A DNA stretch of 64,000 bases, from assembly GCA_017410245.1 (NCBI GenBank), contig JAFQRE010000044.1, forward strand, positions 40,014 to 104,013. Direction: 5' to 3'. The position numbers and the translations under genes are program-made. The notes beneath the pieces are model-generated. The model made no database searches. It saw only the letters and a program-made list of their open reading frames with translations, and was not told the origin of the DNA. Every line of letters starts with the position of its first letter. The stretch's first letter is position 1. This document shows positions 29,874 through 38,228 of the stretch, piece by piece. Source of the stretch: Bacteroidaceae bacterium (lineage in GTDB: Bacteria; Bacteroidota; Bacteroidia; Bacteroidales; Barnesiellaceae_A).

Positions 29874-30536
29874 TTACCAATCAATAGGGTTATATCCATG
29901 CTGTACCAAGTACTCATTGGTACGACTAAAGTGCTTATTACCAAAGAATCCACGATAGGCCGACAACGGCGATGGGTGAGGCGACTGCAACACCAAGTGC
30001 TTGCTGCGGTCGATAAATGCGCCTTTGCGTTGCGCATAAGAACCCCACAGCATAAAGACTATGTGCTCGCGCTCATCGGCCAATCTGTGTATTACGGCAT
30101 CGGTAAAGGTCTCCCACCCTTTGTTCTGATGCGATCCGGCCTGATGCGCACGCACTGTAAGGGTAGCATTTAGCAACAACACCCCTTGTTGCGCCCAGCG
30201 CAACAGATTGCCACTCGATGGGATAGGCTTGCCCAAGTCACTCTCAATCTCCTTGAAGATATTGACAAGCGAAGGCGGAAAAGGCACACCATCATTTACC
30301 GAGAAACACAATCCGTGCGCCTGACCCGGCTCATGATAAGGATCTTGTCCCAATATCACTACACGCACATTGTCAAAAGGACAAGCATCAAAAGCTGCAA
30401 ACATCTCACGACCGGGAGGATACACAGTTGTAGAGGCATACTCTCCGCGTACAAATTGTGTCAGGCTGTCAAAATAGGGCTTATCGAACTCTATTTGCAA
30501 ACGTGCTTTCCAACTATCTTCTATGCGAACTTCCAT
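29874..30536 (-). CDS. ung: Uracil-DNA glycosylase
   Basis: VVILGQDPYH, GVLLLN, HPSPLSA motifs. The listed ORF starts at TTG 30563; ATG 30536 (MEVRIEDSW) is preferred. Confidence 0.9.
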   Translation of the reverse strand: MEVRIEDSWKARLQIEFDKPYFDSLTQFVRGEYASTTVYPPGREMFAAFDACPFDNVRVVILGQDPYHEPGQAHGLCFSVNDGVPFPPSLVNIFKEIESDLGKPIPSSGNLLRWAQQGVLLLNATLTVRAHQAGSHQNKGWETFTDAVIHRLADEREHIVFMLWGSYAQRKGAFIDRSKHLVLQSPHPSPLSAYRGFFGNKHFSRTNEYLVQHGYNPIDW

Positions 30537-30610
30537 CTTCTTTATAGTAATGTATAATGACAAATTGGCAAGGTGTACAAAAGCAGCTTAATCTTTCATA
30601 CACACATTTG

Positions 30611-30618
30611 CAAAGCTA
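30611..30618 (-). promoter_or_regulatory. Candidate -7 promoter box for ung
   Basis: The minus strand reads TAGCTTTG 75 nt upstream of ATG 30536. Confidence 0.4.
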
Positions 30619-30630
30619 CAAAATTATTAG

Positions 30631-30638
30631 TACTTTTG
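30631..30638 (+). promoter_or_regulatory. Candidate -7 promoter box for tRNA-Arg(CCG)
   Basis: TACTTTTG lies 35 nt upstream of the tRNA 5' end. Confidence 0.45.
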
Positions 30639-30672
30639 CAACACTAAACATAAGGCATATCACCTGCCACAT

Positions 30673-30744
30673 GCGCCCATAGTTCAATGGATAGAATACC
30701 GGATTCCGGTTCCGACGATTGGGGTTCGACTCCCCATGGGCGTA
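30673..30744 (+). tRNA. tRNA-Arg(CCG)
   Basis: Hand-folded: acceptor GCGCCCA/TGGGCGT, anticodon loop TT-CCG-GT, T-arm TGGGG-TTCGACT-CCCCA. 72 nt. One mismatch at the top of the anticodon stem. Confidence 0.8.
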
Positions 30745-30890
30745 CTAATCTCGCACATAGCATTTTACTGATATTTACTACTCTCTCCTCACAAAGCTAT
30801 GTATTACATAATTTCTCAAAAAAGGCCTCACAAAGATAAACTCTCCGAGCTATTTGTTTGTTATTATTCCAATCACAAAATAATGGAAAT

Positions 30891-31475
30891 ATGGAAACAA
30901 CAGACAAATTCTTTTGGGGCAAGACACGATATTGGTGGATAGTGTTATTATCGGGGCTACTACTCATTCCGTGTGGTTGCTGGTTGCTCTTCGCTCCCGA
31001 GGTAGGGTATTACACCGTTACCACTATATTGCTATGGTTGCTTATAACAACAGGCATCATGCAACTGATAATAGCTTTCAACCTACCACAAAAGGCAATA
31101 GGCTGGGGCTGGTGGATAGCCGGTGGCATTATTGACATCTTCATAGGCTTCATGATGCTGGGCAACATAGGATTGAGCACCATGATACTCCCCTATTTTT
31201 TCGCATTTATTTTCTTGTACAAGGGTGTATCCTATCTCATATCAGCATTCAGTTCTATGTCGCACCATCGCTCTTGGTGGCTCTACCTCATCAATGGTTT
31301 ACTACAGATTATTTTATCTATACTATTCTTTTTATCACCCATTTCGGCCATCATTGCCATCGATTTTCTCATGGGCATATCGTTTATCTATTGGGGCATC
31401 AGTCTTATATTCTTTGCACTGGACTTGCGTCCAAGCAACCATGAGATCAACAACATATCGGAAAATGGTGTATAA
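30891..31475 (+). CDS. HdeD/DUF308-family membrane protein
   Basis: Six predicted TM helices with the repeated DUF308 pattern (WWIVLLSGLLLIPCGCWLLFAP, GWGWWIAGGIIDIFIGFMML). Confidence 0.6.
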   Translation: METTDKFFWGKTRYWWIVLLSGLLLIPCGCWLLFAPEVGYYTVTTILLWLLITTGIMQLIIAFNLPQKAIGWGWWIAGGIIDIFIGFMMLGNIGLSTMILPYFFAFIFLYKGVSYLISAFSSMSHHRSWWLYLINGLLQIILSILFFLSPISAIIAIDFLMGISFIYWGISLIFFALDLRPSNHEINNISENGV

Positions 31476-31652
31476 AACGGCTTATTATATGCGATAGTGC
31501 ACACTTTATTCAGCCCTCGTTCTATAATAATGGTAATATCATATTGAGGATCAACTGTGCTATACCCACACAATGACCCTTTAACCATTATATGTTATTT
31601 TACCAAGTGCGTTAAATTTGCTTTTTCATTATGCTTTCTATATAAAGATGAT

Positions 31653-31660
31653 TATCTTTG
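31653..31660 (+). promoter_or_regulatory. Bacteroidota -7 promoter box for the low-complexity protein/OM-barrel pair
   Basis: TATCTTTG lies 108 nt upstream of ATG 31769. Confidence 0.45.
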
Positions 31661-31755
31661 TCACACAAAGTGAAATAAATGGCTATAATACTTGAATATA
31701 GATTAAACTATATGGCACATATATAGTCATAAGAAGAAACGAATGTGTCAAATAA

Positions 31756-31761
31756 AGGAGG
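31756..31761 (+). promoter_or_regulatory. Canonical Shine-Dalgarno AGGAGG
   Basis: aaAGGAGGatataaaATG, with 7-nt spacing to ATG 31769. Confidence 0.5.
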
Positions 31762-31768
31762 ATATAAA

Positions 31769-33199
31769 ATGAGAAGCAAAATTTTATTGACAATTGTAGC
31801 TCTTGCAATGAGTATGTTACTGCCTGCTATGGCACAGAACTACTACATTGAAGATGATATCTACTACACCCCCAACGACAAAAATCCGATTGTAGAACAG
31901 GCTCGCCAAGAGAAAGAGGTTGTAGTCGTAACAACAACTCCCACATCAAGCAATACAGCAACAACTACAACCGAAACAACGGCTACAGCCTATGAAGAAG
32001 AACGCGATATTGACGAGTATAACCGACGATATAGCAATGCCTCATACGAAGCCCCAGTAGCCGAAGATGGCACTGTAATAGACAATACATTTGTATATTC
32101 GAGCGATAAAGTTGCCCCGGGCGATACACTCTATATACAGATGGAAGACGGCTATTATCTCAATGGCTTTAACGGCTCTATGAGCGACTATGAGTACACC
32201 GTACAGATACATCGTTTCTACAATCCCCGCTACACAGTGAGCATCAGCGACCCGGCATATAGTTCGATATATATGCTCAACAGCAGCGATTGGAATGTTT
32301 ATATCGAGGGTACATACGCATGGGTAACCCCTACATGGACCAATCCTTGGTATTGGAGCTACACGTGGTCGCCCTACTCTTACAGCAATTGGGCATGGCA
32401 ATGGTATTGGGGTTGGACAAGCCCATACTATGGTTGGTATGATCCTTGGTACTACCCCGGACACTATTATTATGGTTGGTATGACCCATATTATCATCAT
32501 CACCACCATCACCACTACTATGGCTATTATGACCCATACTATCACCACCACCCATCGCATCACCCACCTCACCACCCGCCTCACCACAATCACAATGGTC
32601 GAGGTCCCGGCCATCACGACATAGATAATGGTGGCAGATATGACAACGATAGTCGTTATGGTGGTAATTATGCTGCCAGCAGCAAGAGCGATGATCGTCG
32701 CAATACCAAAAACACATTGGACAACGGTCGTGGCAACCGCATCACCATAAGCGATGACAATAACTTCAGTGCATCGGCTCGTCGCAGCGACATCAATACA
32801 TCATCTCGTTTGACAAACAACCGACCCAATAACGAGTCGAACGTATCGTCAAGAGGCAATAGTTCTTCCAGCAATCGTAATGCGGCATCAACCGGCCGTA
32901 CTACTATCAATACATCGCGCAACGACAACTTGAAGGTATCTAACACATTTCGAAGCAGTTCTCGTAGCAACATCAACTCATCGAGTTCATCGAGTAGCAA
33001 TCGTAGCAATGTCAGCACCTCACGCTCATCGAGTAGTAGCAATCGTAGCAATGTCAGCACCTCACGCTCGTCGAGTAGTAGCAGTCGTAGCAGTATGAGT
33101 TCTTCGCGCTCATCGTCAAGTAGCAGTCGCTCGTCGGGCACAAGTAGCAGCAGCCGTGGCGGAGGTGGCAGTCGTGGTGGTAGCGGAAGTCGCCGATAA
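31769..33199 (+). CDS. Secreted low-complexity protein: signal peptide, Thr-rich linker, small ordered domain, Trp/Tyr-rich GWYDPYY repeats, His7 and HHPP repeats, long Ser/Arg/Asn tail
   Basis: MRSKILLTIVALAMSMLLPAMAQ signal peptide; WYWGWTSPYYGWYDPWYYPGHYYYGWYDPYYHHHHHHHYYGYYDPYYHHHPSHHPPHHPPHH; C-terminal SSSSNRSNVSTSRSSSSS...GGGGSRGGSGSRR. The listed ORF starts at GTG 31745; ATG 31769, which follows the SD, is preferred. Confidence 0.75.
   Translation: MRSKILLTIVALAMSMLLPAMAQNYYIEDDIYYTPNDKNPIVEQARQEKEVVVVTTTPTSSNTATTTTETTATAYEEERDIDEYNRRYSNASYEAPVAEDGTVIDNTFVYSSDKVAPGDTLYIQMEDGYYLNGFNGSMSDYEYTVQIHRFYNPRYTVSISDPAYSSIYMLNSSDWNVYIEGTYAWVTPTWTNPWYWSYTWSPYSYSNWAWQWYWGWTSPYYGWYDPWYYPGHYYYGWYDPYYHHHHHHHYYGYYDPYYHHHPSHHPPHHPPHHNHNGRGPGHHDIDNGGRYDNDSRYGGNYAASSKSDDRRNTKNTLDNGRGNRITISDDNNFSASARRSDINTSSRLTNNRPNNESNVSSRGNSSSSNRNAASTGRTTINTSRNDNLKVSNTFRSSSRSNINSSSSSSSNRSNVSTSRSSSSSNRSNVSTSRSSSSSSRSSMSSSRSSSSSSRSSGTSSSSRGGGGSRGGSGSRR
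32990..33140 (+). repeat. In-frame tandem repeat (39-42-nt units) encoding the SSSNRSNVSTSRS-type tail
   Basis: Units 32990-33028 and 33029-33070 share an exact 35-nt core (agtagcaatcgtagcaatgtcagcacctcacgctc). Units 3 and 4 are diverged. Confidence 0.8.
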
Positions 33200-33233
33200 C
33201 AACTGAGACACACAATTATAATATATCTTGAAA

Positions 33234-34835
33234 ATGAAAAAACTATTTATCATCTCGGCACTGACCTTTGTCACAGCAATATCGGTATGCGGACAAGGCG
33301 TATTAGATGCACTCCCCGCCATATCGAGTCAGACCAAAGGAACAGCTCGATACTCGGCAATGGCAGGTGCTTTCGGTGCACTGGGTGGAGACTTGACCTC
33401 GATAAAACAAAATCCTGCCGGTATAGGTGTATATCGCTTTTCCGAGCTCTCTGTTACTGCCGGATTTAACTTTACAGACAATACTGTGAGCAGTCCGTCG
33501 CGTAGCAATAGTAACAACGAATTCTATTTCACCGGAGACAATATGGGAGTAGTAGGTGTGATAAACTTCAGAGAGGGCAGTTTGCGCAACCTCAACTTTG
33601 GATTTGCCTACAACAACATTGCCAGTTACAACAACACCTATCGTGCCGATTGGAATAACATAAGTTCATCACTTACACAACTGATAGCTTCGCAGGCATC
33701 GGGTTTGGGTTGTACACCCGACATATTGGACGAAAGTGGTTCGAGCAATCCATACAACGACCTGCCTTGGTTGCCGGTATTGGGTTACAACACCAACCTT
33801 ATATACCCGATAAATGCCGGCTCAACAAATTATGTGGGCATCTTTGACTATCAACAGAGCCGAGGTGACGCATACCTGATAAACTATACATCGGGAGGCA
33901 TTGATGAATATGACTTCAATATCAGTGGAAATGTGAGCGATGTTTTATATTGGGGTCTCACACTCAATGTAACAAATATTGATTACCATCAAGAAAGCTA
34001 TTACGGCGAGGAACTGCAAAATGTCAATGTAAAAGACAACAGAAACCTCAATGGTCGCACCAGCACAACCAACGGACACTTTGAGCTACAGAATTATCTC
34101 CGCACCGATGGATATGGCACCGGCGTGAAAATAGGATTGATATATCGTCCCATCAGTTTCTTGCGATTGGGAATTGCCTATCACTCACCCACATACTACA
34201 CCATGACCGACACCTATAGTGCATCGGTAGATTACAAATTTGATAAGGTAGATGGCCGAACACTGAGTGGCAATGGCAATGATCTACGCAACAAGACCGA
34301 CTTAGGCAACTTCAGCTACAAGTTCTCTTCGCCATGGCATCTCTTGGGTAGCATAGCTACGGTGATAGGCAAATCGGCTATTGTCAGCATCGACTACGAA
34401 CTGACAGCAGCTCCCGATATGCAATATTCGAGTCCCTACATCGACTATCACTACACCAATCAATGTATCAATAACCAATCTACACCTATACACAATGTGC
34501 GCATAGGTGCCGAGTATCGTATAACTCCGTTGTGGAGTATTCGTGCCGGATATGCCTTTGAGTCATCACCCATGAAAAACGAGTACTTTGATGGAGTAGA
34601 GACACCTCAAATCGTAGAAGGTACCATTGCGCACTACCAAGTACCCGGCGATGTACACAACATAAGTTGTGGTGTAGGTTTCCGCATCAACAATATCAAT
34701 GTCGATGCAGCCTATGTATATCGCATGCAAGATAGTCGCATCTTTGCCTTTGAAGGTGCTACAGTAGGCTTTAATCCTACCATAATGAACCTTCACAACA
34801 ACTCTATAAAACTCACATTGGGCTACCGTTTCTAA
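33234..34835 (+). CDS. Outer-membrane beta-barrel protein, FadL/OmpP1/TodX-like
   Basis: Signal peptide MKKLFIISALTFVTAISVCGQ; N-terminal GTARYSAMAGAFGALGGDLTSIKQNPAG, typical of Bacteroidota FadL-like barrels; C-terminal ...KLTLGYRF (terminal Phe). Starts 35 nt after the preceding stop with no promoter box between. Confidence 0.7.
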   Translation: MKKLFIISALTFVTAISVCGQGVLDALPAISSQTKGTARYSAMAGAFGALGGDLTSIKQNPAGIGVYRFSELSVTAGFNFTDNTVSSPSRSNSNNEFYFTGDNMGVVGVINFREGSLRNLNFGFAYNNIASYNNTYRADWNNISSSLTQLIASQASGLGCTPDILDESGSSNPYNDLPWLPVLGYNTNLIYPINAGSTNYVGIFDYQQSRGDAYLINYTSGGIDEYDFNISGNVSDVLYWGLTLNVTNIDYHQESYYGEELQNVNVKDNRNLNGRTSTTNGHFELQNYLRTDGYGTGVKIGLIYRPISFLRLGIAYHSPTYYTMTDTYSASVDYKFDKVDGRTLSGNGNDLRNKTDLGNFSYKFSSPWHLLGSIATVIGKSAIVSIDYELTAAPDMQYSSPYIDYHYTNQCINNQSTPIHNVRIGAEYRITPLWSIRAGYAFESSPMKNEYFDGVETPQIVEGTIAHYQVPGDVHNISCGVGFRINNINVDAAYVYRMQDSRIFAFEGATVGFNPTIMNLHNNSIKLTLGYRF

Positions 34836-34862
34836 AAAGAAATCGTATATATCACACATCAT

Positions 34863-34891
34863 AAACGGCAACTATCTATTAGTTGCCGTTT
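34863..34891 (+). terminator. Rho-independent terminator
   Basis: 11-bp stem aaacggcaact / agttgccgttt followed by ttatttt. Confidence 0.8.
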
Positions 34892-34989
34892 TTATTTTAT
34901 CAAACAGTCGTAAAGTAGTGCCACATCGACAAAATAGTATTATATTTGTAGAAGGTTTTATACCCGTACAACAAATCCACAATACCTTT

Positions 34990-37011
34990 ATGTACAACAA
35001 TCCCGAAAAGAACATAGATACCGATAACGCCGAGTTTCAAGATGCCTTCGCCTTGTTGCAATATACCCACCAATCGGTATTTCTTACGGGAAAGGCCGGA
35101 ACCGGCAAATCGACTTTTTTACGATACATCTGTGAACACACCCGCAAGAAATATGTAGTTCTTGCACCTACCGGTATAGCAGCTATCAATGCAGGAGGCA
35201 GTACTATTCACTCGTTCTTCAAGATGCCATTTCGCCCCATCATGCCCGACGATCCCGACCTAAGTGTACAGAATAACCGCATATACGACCTGCTGAAGTA
35301 TAACAAGACGCAACGCCGACTACTCAAAGAGGTTGAACTCATCATCATTGACGAGATATCGATGGTGCGTGCCGATATGATAGACTTTATAGACCGTGTA
35401 CTGCGTGTCTTTTCGGGCAATATGCGCACTCCTTTTGGCGGTAAACAATTGCTTCTTGTGGGCGACCTTTACCAACTTGAGCCGGTTGTGACAGCCGACA
35501 CTCGCGACATACTATCGCGTTTTTATGCCACACCGTTTTTCTTCTCGGCAAGGGTTTTCAACGAGATATCACTTGTTCCCATAGAACTGCGCAAGACATA
35601 CCGACAAACCGATCCTACGTTTATTGAACTTCTTGATAAGATACGTTGCAACCGAGCCGGCAGCAACGAATTGGCGCAACTCAACAGTCGCTACAATGCC
35701 TCAGAGAAAACCCAAGAGGAGGAGTTTTCTATTACATTGGCTACACGCCGCGACCAAGTAGATGCTATCAATGAGCAACAACTGGACGAGCTATCGGGCC
35801 AGAGCTACACCTTTGAGGGCGAAATTAGCGGAGATTTCCCCGACAATAGTCTTCCTACACCGCTATCGCTCGAACTCAAGGTGGGGGCACAAATCATGTT
35901 TATCAAGAACGACAGCGAACATCGATGGGTCAATGGCACGTTGGGCATTATAGAAGATATTAACGAGGAAGGTCGTATAAGCATACTGCTCGAAGATGGC
36001 GACGAACATGTTGTAGAACCTGCCGTATGGGAAAACATAAAATACAACTACAACGAAAAAGAAAAACGTATAGAAGAGAAAGTGTTGGGTACTTATAAGC
36101 AATACCCTATACGCTTGGCATGGGCTATCACGGTGCACAAGAGCCAAGGCCTCACGTTCAATCGTGTTATCATCGACTTCACCGGCGGCGCTTTTGCAGG
36201 CGGACAAACCTATGTAGCACTGAGCCGTTGTACATCGCTCGAGGGCATCACACTCACCCGTCCTATCTCAGCACGAGACATCTTTGTCAATGCCGAGGTG
36301 GTGCGTTTCAGCCAATCATTCAACAATCCCAAGCTCATCAATCAGGCTATGCAGCAAGCCGAAGCCGACCGTCGCTACCACGCTGCTGTTGAGGCCTTCG
36401 ACAACGACAATATAGAGCTGTTTCTCGATGAGTTTTTCAAGGCAATACACCTGCGTTACGATATAGAGAAACCCGTTATACGCCGGTTTATACAGCGCAA
36501 ATTGGGCATTATACGCCAACTGAAGCGCGAGAATGCTCTACTGCGACAAGCCAACAATGAACGCAACGAGGCTCTGCGCAAATATGCCTACGAATACTAC
36601 CTGATGGGCAATGAATGCGTTGTGAAAGCCCGCGACTACCGCGCTGCATTGGCCAACTTCGACAAGGCTCTCACCCTTGACCCTACGCTTGTCGATGCAT
36701 GGGTGCGCAAGGGCGTGACACTTGCCGACACCAACGAAGGCATAGCCGCCATGGCTTGCTTCAACGAAGCCATTAAATTGAGTCCGCTCAACTTCAAGGC
36801 TCTTTACAACCGAGGTAAATTGCGTTACGAATGCCATGAATATGAAGGTGCTGCATCGGACTTTGCCAAAGCCGTAGCACAAAAGCCACAACATGCCGCT
36901 GCACACGAACGGCTGGGCGACACCTTCATGCGACTGGGACTCTCCGACATGGCAGCCCATCATTGGGACTTGGCCGAAGCACTGCGTGAGAACAAGCGTA
37001 GAGGAAGATAA
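34990..37011 (+). CDS. pif1: Pif1/RecD-family SF1B helicase with C-terminal TPR domain
   Basis: Walker A GKAGTGKST, LAPTGIAA, Walker B IIIDEISMV, GDLYQLEPV, TVHKSQGLTF. The C-terminal roughly 150 aa are TPR-like (ALANFDKALTLDPTLVDAWVRKG..., AIKLSPLNFKALYNRG...). The listed ORF start 34918 is less likely than ATG 34990. Confidence 0.8.
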   Translation: MYNNPEKNIDTDNAEFQDAFALLQYTHQSVFLTGKAGTGKSTFLRYICEHTRKKYVVLAPTGIAAINAGGSTIHSFFKMPFRPIMPDDPDLSVQNNRIYDLLKYNKTQRRLLKEVELIIIDEISMVRADMIDFIDRVLRVFSGNMRTPFGGKQLLLVGDLYQLEPVVTADTRDILSRFYATPFFFSARVFNEISLVPIELRKTYRQTDPTFIELLDKIRCNRAGSNELAQLNSRYNASEKTQEEEFSITLATRRDQVDAINEQQLDELSGQSYTFEGEISGDFPDNSLPTPLSLELKVGAQIMFIKNDSEHRWVNGTLGIIEDINEEGRISILLEDGDEHVVEPAVWENIKYNYNEKEKRIEEKVLGTYKQYPIRLAWAITVHKSQGLTFNRVIIDFTGGAFAGGQTYVALSRCTSLEGITLTRPISARDIFVNAEVVRFSQSFNNPKLINQAMQQAEADRRYHAAVEAFDNDNIELFLDEFFKAIHLRYDIEKPVIRRFIQRKLGIIRQLKRENALLRQANNERNEALRKYAYEYYLMGNECVVKARDYRAALANFDKALTLDPTLVDAWVRKGVTLADTNEGIAAMACFNEAIKLSPLNFKALYNRGKLRYECHEYEGAASDFAKAVAQKPQHAAAHERLGDTFMRLGLSDMAAHHWDLAEALRENKRRGR

Positions 37012-37181
37012 GCTCATACAAAAGGCGAATGGGCACGTTGCTCACGCAACACACCCACTCTGAGGAATTCATCACATTATGCTTATAAAAGTGCTATATA
37101 GATACCGTACTCACGTACGGAAAGTTTCTTCTGCCATAGATTGCGGCCAAAACTATCGGTATGGAACATTGCTACTGCTCC

Positions 37182-37772
37182 TTACTCAATAACCTTATTA
37201 TACCTACTCTCTACAACACTCCAATCGACAAGTTGCCACAGATTGTGCAGATGAGCATCGCGACGATTGCGATAATCGATATAGTAGGCATGCTCCCACA
37301 CGTCAAATGTAAGAAGCGGAATCAGTCCCTCCGTCAGCGGGTTGCCGGCATTACTGAGGGCACGAATGCCCAAGTGCCCCTCATCATCGCTACAGAGCCA
37401 CACCCAGCCCGAGCCAAAGAGCGACATACCGGATTGCATAAAGACTTCACAAAAGGTCTCAAACGTTTCCCAATGTCGCTCTATCGCAGTAGCCAGAGCT
37501 CCAACCGGGTGCCGCCGGGTATGAGGTGTAAAAGTGAGGAAATAAAACTGATGGTTCCAGACCTGCGCGGCATTGTTGAAAAGAGATCCACTCGACGAGC
37601 GTATTATATCTTCGAGCGACATTGTCTCGTATTCGGTTCCGGCTATCATGTCATTGAGTTTGTTTATGTAACCCAACTCGTGCTTGCCATAGTGCACACG
37701 AACAGTATCCCTACTGATTATAGGTTCAAGAGCATCATCTCCATAAGGTAGCGGTTGCAAAGAGTATTTCAT
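37182..37772 (-). CDS. sod: Fe/Mn superoxide dismutase
   Basis: LPYGDDALEP, HYGKHH-like HYGKHE, DVWEHAYYIDYRN. Confidence 0.9.
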   Translation of the reverse strand: MKYSLQPLPYGDDALEPIISRDTVRVHYGKHELGYINKLNDMIAGTEYETMSLEDIIRSSSGSLFNNAAQVWNHQFYFLTFTPHTRRHPVGALATAIERHWETFETFCEVFMQSGMSLFGSGWVWLCSDDEGHLGIRALSNAGNPLTEGLIPLLTFDVWEHAYYIDYRNRRDAHLHNLWQLVDWSVVESRYNKVIE

Positions 37773-38228
37773 AACGGATAGGACTTATTTTATTGTCATG
37801 TTACATACTATAAACAGCAATGGTCTTAAAAAGTTCACAATAAAGCAAAAAATTTTTTCCACAAAAAATGATATAGAGGCGAAATAAAACTTAATATTTA
37901 ATTCAATATTAGATATGTTTTTGTAACTTTACGGCTAATTATTGTGGGAAAATATATATCGGCGGATAGCTAACAACCCACAAAAAGTCTTGAGGCTACC
38001 TCATAGAGCAACGCAAAAGACTGAAATAAAGAGATATAAATACAGGAGCAGTGTGCGGCAACGAGTAGTTGTCGGCAATAAAGCACGAAAGTCTCCTCGG
38101 ACGATGGAATATTGCGATAGCACTATTATCTATTACTCACCATTGCAACGTGAGAAAATATCCATCTCCCCCTACGGCAACTTGGAGTTGCCAACTGTGA
38201 GCGATAAAAAAAATAAAAAAACACATAA

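Noticed and set aside
25282-30672. Possibility that the segment bracketed by tRNA-Arg(ACG)x3 and tRNA-Arg(CCG) is an integrated genomic island
   Set aside because: I see no integrase, recombinase, transposase or mobilisation gene, and no visible direct repeat of a tRNA 3' end. The segment contains ung (housekeeping), and by eye its composition does not differ from its neighbours. Presence/absence in related genomes would still be worth checking.
30787-30833. 10-nt direct repeat cctcacaaag occurring twice downstream of tRNA-Arg(CCG); each copy contains a minus-strand TAnnTTTG-like box
   Set aside because: The repeat is short enough to arise by chance. Promoters here would fire antisense through the tRNA, and a better-placed box for ung exists at 30611-30618.
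32042-33322. Minus-strand ORFs of 128-191 codons (e.g. ...LLLDEREVLTLLRLLLLDEREV...) and a + strand alternate-frame ORF in the low-complexity gene
   Set aside because: They are by-products of the repetitive Ser/Arg and His/Tyr codon runs on the sense strand. They lack a start context and a promoter.
37161-37751. 196-codon + strand ORF, the same length as the sod gene on the opposite strand
   Set aside because: The minus-strand product has unambiguous Fe/Mn-SOD motifs (DVWEHAYY). The plus-strand translation has none, so it is a shadow ORF.
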